This document shows, in pieces, positions 57,310 to 64,000 of a DNA stretch of 64,000 bases. Position numbers and translations under genes: made by a program. A model generated the notes under the pieces. That model searched no databases. It saw nothing but the letters and a program-made list of their open reading frames with translations, and was not told where the DNA came from. Source of the stretch: Candidatus Saccharimonadales bacterium (GTDB lineage: Bacteria; Patescibacteriota; Saccharimonadia; Saccharimonadales; Saccharimonadaceae); contig JBBRCG010000004.1 of NCBI GenBank assembly GCA_038205065.1, forward strand, positions 793 through 64,792, written 5' to 3'. Position 1 is the first letter of the stretch. Every line of letters starts with the position of its first letter.

Positions 57310-58293
57310 CTATTTTTCGTCCGACGAATCTTCTTTGAGCTCTTTTTTACCCTTGAGCTCATATTTGAGCCCAGTCATGTCGCTCGTCATGTAGTCGTCG
57401 TTCAAGAGATTGACGAATTTCGCCGCATCTTTACCGTCCATGATGATGATCGCACCCACCGAGTCATCGGTCATAAGCTCGAGCCCCATCTCATCAGCGT
57501 GATCAACCACCTGCTCCTGGGTCACCAGTGTAGGGTCAACCTTTTGGAGTTTATTCACGAGAGATTTGTTGTCGCGCACAAGCGCGTCAAATGTCATGCC
57601 TTCGGGGAATACGAGTTTGAAGTGCTTCTCGATCTCGGCGATTTTTTCCTCGGCGACGGCAAACTTCTTGGCATCGTAGCCAAATAGGCGGATGAACTTC
57701 GTCTCGCTGAATACAAATATGTCTTCGCCAACGATAAGCACTTGATTATCAGGGGTGATGCGTAGGCCTGCATCAGCAGCGAATGGTTCGAAACTGTTGC
57801 CGTTATACATCCAGGCGGTCGCGCCCTTGAGCACCTGCGACTGTGGAAGTAGCTTTACGACGTAGAACGGTGCGGCATCTTCGCGCGTAAACCGAGCGAC
57901 GATCCCCTTCACTTTCTTGAATTCATGGTCACCTTCTGTGAAGACTTCGAGTGTATCTTCGCCAAATGCGATCTGTTCGATCACTTCCTGTGTATGCTCG
58001 GCTTTATCGAGCCGTGTTGTCTCGAGCACGTTTTCCTCGGCAGCGGCACTTTCGAAATCACGCACTACCATCCCTGTTGCCGCGCCTGTCTGGACGGTTG
58101 AGATCAGATCGTAGAGAAATAACACCTTGAGTTGGGCTTTTAGCTCTTTCGCATAGTTCGTCGCGTAGACGCCATAACCTTTCGTGAAAAGAAATAGATC
58201 GATTTCTAGCTTATCTTTGAATTGGTCGGCTTGATTTGCCCACAAGAATATATCTGTCTGTTCGGGTGTTGTTGTATCGGTAGTATCATCCAT
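57310..58293 (-). CDS. DUF4868 / Kiwa KwaB-like protein
   Basis: Acidic ~330 aa; F...FGY...K, FAKLLNDDY..S.LT..KY-like C-terminal motif (FVNLLNDDYMTSDMTGLKYE). Confidence 0.65.
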   Translation of the reverse strand: MDDTTDTTTPEQTDIFLWANQADQFKDKLEIDLFLFTKGYGVYATNYAKELKAQLKVLFLYDLISTVQTGAATGMVVRDFESAAAEENVLETTRLDKAEHTQEVIEQIAFGEDTLEVFTEGDHEFKKVKGIVARFTREDAAPFYVVKLLPQSQVLKGATAWMYNGNSFEPFAADAGLRITPDNQVLIVGEDIFVFSETKFIRLFGYDAKKFAVAEEKIAEIEKHFKLVFPEGMTFDALVRDNKSLVNKLQKVDPTLVTQEQVVDHADEMGLELMTDDSVGAIIIMDGKDAAKFVNLLNDDYMTSDMTGLKYELKGKKELKEDSSDEK

Positions 58294-58445
58294 ACCATCC
58301 AGTGTATCAAAAATGTGTTCGAATAGTGTTGTCAAATAAATCTGCCTGTGCTTGCAACATGTCTAATTTCGCGACATACTGAGCGTATTCCACACCGACC
58401 CGCGTCTCGCCAGTCAGGCGAACGCAAAAAACGAGAGGCATAGTA

Positions 58446-58814
58446 ATGTCTAAACCAGAAATGGATCCGCTTGAGAGTGCTCTGATCAAGCTCGAGGATG
58501 CGGAGGAACTCATCGACTCCGCCCGCACGAAGGTGGTACTGGCGCTGGCGCGCGTATTGCCTGCGGACGGCAGTAGGCTCCACCTGCCAGGTGACCTTAC
58601 TCATGCCCTCTGGACGCTGTACCAGCTGAGCCCCCAGCGGGGAAATGAGGAGTTCAGCGACTTTCTCCTCACCCTACTGCCTCGCCGGAGTCGCGCCGTC
58701 GTCACGCTCGACGCCTACTGGGACACCGACCGGGCTGGTGATCCGCTGTCGCCACACTGCAAGCCGTCAGACATCCTGATCATCCCTACGCCGACCCGCA
58801 CCACCAAGCCCTGA
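58446..58814 (+). CDS. Hypothetical protein (ORFan)
   Basis: GAGG SD, leader hairpin, GAGCCCCG...CGGGGCTC terminator. Confidence 0.6.
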   Translation: MSKPEMDPLESALIKLEDAEELIDSARTKVVLALARVLPADGSRLHLPGDLTHALWTLYQLSPQRGNEEFSDFLLTLLPRRSRAVVTLDAYWDTDRAGDPLSPHCKPSDILIIPTPTRTTKP

Positions 58815-58877
58815 CCCACGCAGGTTCAAGAGCCCCGGCTCCCTGCAGGGTCGGGGCTCCTACCTTTTATTGAGACT

Positions 58878-60407
58878 TTATCGGACGGCGTCTTCGCCGA
58901 AATGTTTTTGCAAACGCATCTTGATCGAGCCTTCGTGGCGACCAAGTTTTTTGCTAAGTTTGGCGATCGATTCGCCATTGGTAAATCCGAGTTTCAACAC
59001 ATCGTCATCTTGCGATGTCCATGGCATATACGCATTTGGGTGCGTCTCACGCATCGTTGCGATCTTTTCTTGCCATGATCCACTCTTCGCACTCGGCTTT
59101 TTCACCGGCGGTTCATGCGTGCGCTTCTCAGCTTTTTTCTCGAGGTGCGCGAATCGTTTCGCATCACGTGCCCCTTTCGTCCGTAGATCCTCATCTATCT
59201 CCTGTGCCTTCTGGCTCACGCGTAGCGCCATCTGATTGATCCCGTCCAGGTACAGGGTCTCAAGATTTCGCACACGACTGAGCGCCACGTATCCCATGCC
59301 TTCGACAAACGCTTTGCGCAGATCGATCTTCGCCATGTCGAGCGTCATACCCTGGCTCTTGTGGACCGTGATGGCATAGGCCAGTCGCAGTGGCACCTGA
59401 GAGATACTCGCCCGCTTCTTGTCGCCATCCCGAAGTTCCCACGTGTCGGGCACCATCGTGATAGTTTTGCCATTCATAAACTCAACAACCGGAAATTCTG
59501 TCCCCGGTTCGAAATCTTTGACAATCCCGATACTTCCGTTCACATAACGTCGGGACGCGTCGTTCTTGACCGCCATCACGAGCGCACCCTGTTTTAGTGT
59601 CAGGACCGCCGGTGCGAGCACTGACCTCTGTAGATTTTCGACATAGTTTTCAGATCCGGTAGTCGCCTGGCTGTAAATTAGCTCATCACCATGAAGCTCC
59701 TTGAGCCGCCCTTCATTGATCCGATCCACGTCGACGTTCATCGTGTGTAATTCCGTGATCAGCTCACCAAATGGTAGTTCGACATCGGTTCGCTCCAATA
59801 ATTTCTCAGCATGATGCCGCCTCAGTTCGCCAGCTCGCATCGCAGTCAGTATCTCGAGCAATGCATCGCCTTCAGTTTGGCGATATTGATCAGAGAGATA
59901 GATAATCACCGGGTCGAGCTCGCGCCAGGCGTCGCTATCGACGACAAATCCCCCACCGCGCGAATCGCCACGGTTTACTGGAGGTAACTGGAAGAAGTCG
60001 CCACTCAGGATCACTTGAATCCCACCGAACGGCACATCGGGCTTCTTGCGAACCAGCCGACAGACTTCATCAACCATATCCAAGCGAAAATCATGCATCA
60101 TCGAAATCTCATCGATCAGCAGGATATCAGTCTTCTCTATAATTTCTCGTCGTCCCTTTGCGATATGCTCCGCGAATTTGTCCGGCAATGAATCCATAAT
60201 CCCGATCCCACTCCAGGCGTGGATCGTCGCTCCGCCGAGGTGAGTCGCCGCCAATCCGGTTGTTGCCGTCACGCTCACGTGCTTGCCCTCGTATTTCGCA
60301 AGTTTCACGAACTGATTCAAAAGATATGTCTTACCCGTCCCGGCTGGGCCGGTCACAAACGCGCTCTCCCCCGAGAGCAATATCTCCAGTGCAATTCCCT
60401 GATTCAT
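58878..60407 (-). CDS. Pif1/RecD-like SF1B helicase
   Basis: GPAGTGKT, ATTGLAA, LIDEISM, FGGIQVILSGDFFQLPPV, QVPLRLAYAITVHKSQGMTL, GYVALSR. Confidence 0.93.
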   Translation of the reverse strand: MNQGIALEILLSGESAFVTGPAGTGKTYLLNQFVKLAKYEGKHVSVTATTGLAATHLGGATIHAWSGIGIMDSLPDKFAEHIAKGRREIIEKTDILLIDEISMMHDFRLDMVDEVCRLVRKKPDVPFGGIQVILSGDFFQLPPVNRGDSRGGGFVVDSDAWRELDPVIIYLSDQYRQTEGDALLEILTAMRAGELRRHHAEKLLERTDVELPFGELITELHTMNVDVDRINEGRLKELHGDELIYSQATTGSENYVENLQRSVLAPAVLTLKQGALVMAVKNDASRRYVNGSIGIVKDFEPGTEFPVVEFMNGKTITMVPDTWELRDGDKKRASISQVPLRLAYAITVHKSQGMTLDMAKIDLRKAFVEGMGYVALSRVRNLETLYLDGINQMALRVSQKAQEIDEDLRTKGARDAKRFAHLEKKAEKRTHEPPVKKPSAKSGSWQEKIATMRETHPNAYMPWTSQDDDVLKLGFTNGESIAKLSKKLGRHEGSIKMRLQKHFGEDAVR

Positions 60408-60417
60408 CTCTTACGTA

Positions 60418-61122
60418 TTATACACGTCTGGGCTTGCTATTATCCGTATACACTAAGCGCATACCCGCCCTACCTACATCTACGGCTGGCGCCTCTTCTT
60501 CTGGCTCATCTTCCCTATGAAGTCTTCCATATACCTCAGCCTGATCCAGCAGGACCGAAAGACCCATCATGTCCCTTTCGTTCGCGTATGCTTCTATACC
60601 CCCTAGCTGTCCTGGGGTGAGCACTACGCGTAGCCCACCCTCGGTCACGACCGGAACCATTACGCCCGCTTCGGTTTGCCACGTCACCCGACCAGCCTTA
60701 TCACGCTGTATCGTCCGAGAGTACCGCCATATATCGGTCATATCGACGACCTGAGGCTTTGGATCCTCAGCTTCCCTATCAACTACCTCTCGAATATATT
60801 CTCTTGTGTCGAAACCGTAGATGACGGTGGATACCCTAAGCCCATCGTTACTCGCCCCAGTAGATATGACTCGACGAATTGCATGGATTGGCCTCAGGCC
60901 GACATCTTCAGCCTCCATTCGCAGTGTCCAATTGAGCGCGCCATATAGCTCGTCGAACTCACTTGGCGGAAGAATTGGAAAGTCGGCTGTCTCTGCAATA
61001 CCCTCAGTTGCAGTATCTACCCATTTAAAAGGCTTAAGGATATCCTTAAGCCTTTTAGCCATATTGCGACGTTCGGTGAATTCTGCATATCCAGGTCCAT
61101 CCGTACGTCGCTCGTCAGTCAT
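60418..61122 (-). CDS. Hypothetical protein
   Basis: 234 aa ORF, ATGA-coupled to rnhA. Confidence 0.6.
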   Translation of the reverse strand: MTDERRTDGPGYAEFTERRNMAKRLKDILKPFKWVDTATEGIAETADFPILPPSEFDELYGALNWTLRMEAEDVGLRPIHAIRRVISTGASNDGLRVSTVIYGFDTREYIREVVDREAEDPKPQVVDMTDIWRYSRTIQRDKAGRVTWQTEAGVMVPVVTEGGLRVVLTPGQLGGIEAYANERDMMGLSVLLDQAEVYGRLHREDEPEEEAPAVDVGRAGMRLVYTDNSKPRRV

Positions 61123-61541
61123 GTTATCCTCGTGCCAGCCCGCGCCTTATTCGCCCACTCATCCGCAAGCTCATTACCTTCGTGCCCTACGTGCCCGCGT
61201 ATCCAGACCAGTTGCACCTGGCCCATCTGGTATTTCGCGTACACATCCTTGACGATGTCGAGGTTCTTGATCTCGCCACCTTTTTTCGTCCAACCGCGCG
61301 CTTCCCATCCTGGCGCCCATTTCGTGATCACGTTGATCCAAAATTCGCTATCGGTATGGATTTCAGCCGCCTCGCCATTGAGATAATCAAGCGCGGCGAT
61401 GAGCGCCTTGCCTTCCATTCGAATATTGGTGGTGTCGCCCTCTTCAGAGCCGAGAGACACTGGCTTTCCACCCTCGATCACAGAGTAACCGCCTGGACCG
61501 GGATTTGGGCTTGCGCTACCGTCGGTAAATAATATCCTCAT
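61119..61541 (-). CDS. rnhA: Ribonuclease HI
   Basis: TDGSASPNPGPGG, TTNIRME, TDS, WIRGHVGHEGNELAD. Confidence 0.96.
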   Translation of the reverse strand: MRILFTDGSASPNPGPGGYSVIEGGKPVSLGSEEGDTTNIRMEGKALIAALDYLNGEAAEIHTDSEFWINVITKWAPGWEARGWTKKGGEIKNLDIVKDVYAKYQMGQVQLVWIRGHVGHEGNELADEWANKARAGTRIT

Positions 61542-61616
61542 ACTGCGTTTATTATAGCAACTAAATGCCCCCGTCCATAGGGGGCGGGGGCAAGTTGGAA
61601 TTCTTGTGGTTTTTGA

Positions 61617-62225
61617 TTAACGCGACTGCAGCGCGTCGAGCGCGACGCTCATCGCCGCCATCACGCGCCAATCGATGCGCGACCATCCTGCGTCATCGAG
61701 TAGCAGCTCATAGTGATCGCGAAATAGCTTCGTCTTTTTGTACTGCCCGACCTCAGCCTGACTCGTAGGATCGATGAATGAAAAATGATATCTAGTGAAC
61801 GCCATTACTAGCTCAAAGAGATCCCCCACCAGGGGTATCATACCACCGAAACGACGAAGAACCGCAACCATATGATTGCTCTCTTTTACGAGGAAAATCT
61901 CTTGTTCGCTGGGGTCGAACACGTGCCACGTACTGTTAATAAGCGATTTGGTAAAATCTTTTCGGAATCCTCCGATCAACTTCCCGCCTGCATCCTCGAC
62001 GAAGTATCGCCCATGGACATCCAGTACCTTCTCGGCTCGAAACGTAAACGCCACCGTAGCCCGTGTCTCATCGTTATAAAAAATCACCTTCTCTCTGAGC
62101 GCGATCCTCTTTTGCTGCGCAAGCGCGAGCAGTCGCCCCGCCGTGCCATCGAGAGCTGGCTCCGCAATAGTATATTTGTTTACCAACGGTGTAATTTTCT
62201 GCTTAACGATCAGTCGCGGCTTCAT
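61617..62225 (-). CDS. LURP-one-related / scramblase (tubby C-terminal-like) protein
   Basis: LIVKQK......Y.I...AQQKR..LRE...FY; ends AMSVALD.LQ.R. Confidence 0.65.
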   Translation of the reverse strand: MKPRLIVKQKITPLVNKYTIAEPALDGTAGRLLALAQQKRIALREKVIFYNDETRATVAFTFRAEKVLDVHGRYFVEDAGGKLIGGFRKDFTKSLINSTWHVFDPSEQEIFLVKESNHMVAVLRRFGGMIPLVGDLFELVMAFTRYHFSFIDPTSQAEVGQYKKTKLFRDHYELLLDDAGWSRIDWRVMAAMSVALDALQSR

Positions 62226-62407
62226 GGTCCTCCTTGTTGTCTTCCGTCATTATAGTCCAAATACTCCATAAGATATATCACCCCCTGCATATCCGACCAA
62301 CCCTCACCGTACACGCTACATCTAGCGTGCCCAGATCTAGCGTTTAGGTAATGTGGATAAGTCGTTAATGCTTGTGTATAGACTACTCGGGACACTATAC
62401 TAGTGTT

Positions 62408-62659
62408 ATGTCCGGGTTCAATCATTACGCAAAGCTCAAACGTATCCTCGATGCCGAACCGTCAGGATGGTATATCGCGCGAATCAACGAAAAGACGACC
62501 GCAACTACCTTTCGCGGCGAAAAACGGCACTACGATCATTATTATCGCCTTTACCGCGCAGATGGCTCGGTTATCAAATACGGCAAGTTCCAGCAAATAG
62601 ACCTGCTCGCGCAGGCTCTCGGTGTTCATTCACTAGACTTGCCCCTAGCCAATAGATGA
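62408..62659 (+). CDS. Small hypothetical protein
   Basis: 83 aa, ATG 7 nt after TACTAG/TATACT-like -10 elements. Confidence 0.55.
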   Translation: MSGFNHYAKLKRILDAEPSGWYIARINEKTTATTFRGEKRHYDHYYRLYRADGSVIKYGKFQQIDLLAQALGVHSLDLPLANR

Positions 62660-62691
62660 TGCGAAGGCGTACTGCCGACTGAACAGTGCCC

Positions 62692-63078
62692 TTACTTGCC
62701 GTTTCGCGGTATAGCCACGAGATCGATATCGAACACGAGGTCACTATTTGCCGGGATGTTTCTTGCCGGGCTACTCGAGCCATAGGCCATCTCTGCGGGG
62801 ATGACGAGCCGCCTCGTGCCGCCGACTTTCATACCAGGAACACCCTCGGTCCAGCCCTTGATCACTTGGTCGAGACCAAATGTGATCGCTTTGCCAAAAT
62901 CGAAGCTGCTCTGGAAAATAATTCCGTTCTTCACTAGCGCGCCAGTGTAGTGCGCCGTGATCGTCGCGCCCGCGAGGGCTTTCTCGCCCGTCCCGACCTC
63001 GACGTCAGTAATCTCAAGTTCCCTCACCGCGTCCGCGCGCGGTTCAAAGTCATGTAATTTTGTTCCTTCGTATGCCAT
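62692..63078 (-). CDS. FKBP-type peptidyl-prolyl isomerase
   Basis: HYTG.L...F.SS, LDQVIKGWTEG..GMKVGG.RRLVIP..MAYG, IPANSDLVFDIDL. Confidence 0.95.
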   Translation of the reverse strand: MAYEGTKLHDFEPRADAVRELEITDVEVGTGEKALAGATITAHYTGALVKNGIIFQSSFDFGKAITFGLDQVIKGWTEGVPGMKVGGTRRLVIPAEMAYGSSSPARNIPANSDLVFDIDLVAIPRNGK

Positions 63079-63167
63079 ATCATTCTCCTTTTATCTTACA
63101 TTGTAGCCAGTAATAGACTGACGCGCCACCTCGGCGCGTCAGTCTATGGACGTTATATTGTCTTTCC

Positions 63168-63434
63168 CTACTGTAGAGCGGCGTCAATTGCACTCGTATC
63201 GACACTCGTGTCGATATTGATCGCATTAATCGCTTCTTCAGCTTTCTGCAGATCACTGCTCGTCTCGACTGCAGGCATTGACTTGTCCGTCGTAACGGCG
63301 CTATCAGAGGTGCTAGTCGATCCATCGCCGGCCACAAAATTGTTATAGAACACCCAACCAAGTGCACCAATAACTGCCACGATAGCAACGATAACTACAC
63401 CCTCAACTATGCTGAATCCATTATTACGACGCAT
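63168..63434 (-). CDS. Type IV pilin-like small protein
   Basis: Class III signal MRRNNG|FSIVEGVVIVAIVAVIGALG. Confidence 0.75.
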   Translation of the reverse strand: MRRNNGFSIVEGVVIVAIVAVIGALGWVFYNNFVAGDGSTSTSDSAVTTDKSMPAVETSSDLQKAEEAINAINIDTSVDTSAIDAALQ

Positions 63435-64000
63435 TGCTAGTTCCTCCTGTCGCCGACTTGAGCGCGCTAACGAGATTAACGAGCGCTGTGCGATAATCTT
63501 TTAACTGAGTCTTCGTGGCCTGTCCAGCCAAACGATCGCCCTCGAGGCGCGAAGCGGTTTTTGCATCTGTACAATCAATGCTCGCGTTTTCTCGTACCTG
63601 GAGTGTTTCCATCGAGTTGGTCGCCTCTTGCTTGGCGAGCTCGATTGCATCGATATATTGCTGATAGTTAGCGACCGTCAGTTGACCCTTGTCATAAAAT
63701 CCGACGACACGTCCATATACGGTATCAAGACTGTTCTTTACAGAAGTCGCGCCTTGAGACATTGTCTGAGTTGATGTTTGCAAGCGGGTACGCGTTTGCT
63801 CGCACACCTCTTGTCGTACTCTGAGTGAAGTATTATCGGCCTTATTTTTGATTTCAGCTGCGCGATCCGAGACGCTTGTCGCCTTATCAATCGCCTGCTG
63901 CTTGGCCTGGCTAACTACGCTGTCGGAGCGACTTTCGCCACGAGCGCTCTGTGCGAGTACCACAGTTGGTAGGAGTGAGGCAGATGCCGCGGCCAGAGTT
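63424..64000 (-). CDS. Secreted helical hypothetical protein, start lies outside the window
   Basis: Frame stays open to 64000 (TLAAASASLLPTVVLAQ, signal-peptide-like). Confidence 0.7.
   Translation of the reverse strand, partial: TLAAASASLLPTVVLAQSARGESRSDSVVSQAKQQAIDKATSVSDRAAEIKNKADNTSLRVRQEVCEQTRTRLQTSTQTMSQGATSVKNSLDTVYGRVVGFYDKGQLTVANYQQYIDAIELAKQEATNSMETLQVRENASIDCTDAKTASRLEGDRLAGQATKTQLKDYRTALVNLVSALKSATGGTSNAS

Noticed and set aside
58332-58604. Minus-strand 90-aa ORF as a kwaA partner
   Set aside because: No TM segments, and it overlaps the better-supported plus-strand ORFan 58446-58814
62222-62425. 67-aa minus-strand ORF
   Set aside because: Covers the promoter and SD of the LURP-like gene; no independent initiation signal

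Overview
Chromosomal segment of a Patescibacteria/CPR bacterium, most likely Saccharibacteria (TM7). This is inferred from the gene set and order: the sigma-70 region 4/HARE-HTH protein next to a VirD4-like ATPase, a sortase-PEGA pair, a reduced dcw cluster (mraZ-rsmH-ftsL-ftsI-mraY-ftsW-murG-ftsQ), yvcK-GH1-DUF4868, and pilin-like proteins. TGA is read as stop (code 11). Housekeeping genes include gltX, der, pth, topA, dprA, xth, rnhA, a pseudouridine synthase, two histidine kinases with their receivers, and an ABC exporter. There are two tRNAs, Leu(CAA) and Glu(CTC). About 20 stand-alone ORFan genes are interspersed, most with their own promoter, Shine-Dalgarno site and GC-rich hairpin. I saw no rRNA, CRISPR array, intact transposase or integrase. 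The best leads are non-coding. (1) A two-gene wHTH plus RelE/PBECR-like locus with a convergent, promoter- and terminator-defined structured antisense RNA (17.7-19.1 kb). (2) The tRNA-Glu locus, with a duplicated tRNA 3' end plus terminator and two separate sets of structured repeats (16.4-17.6 kb). (3) A ~450-bp element containing a ~340-nt hairpin whose ends recur as an ~80-bp miniature copy (33.0 and 42.8 kb). (4) Candidate sRNAs beside dprA and between mraZ and rsmH. (5) An orphan phage-type 5-hmdU kinase-like gene. All family calls come from recalled motifs; no database searches were run.
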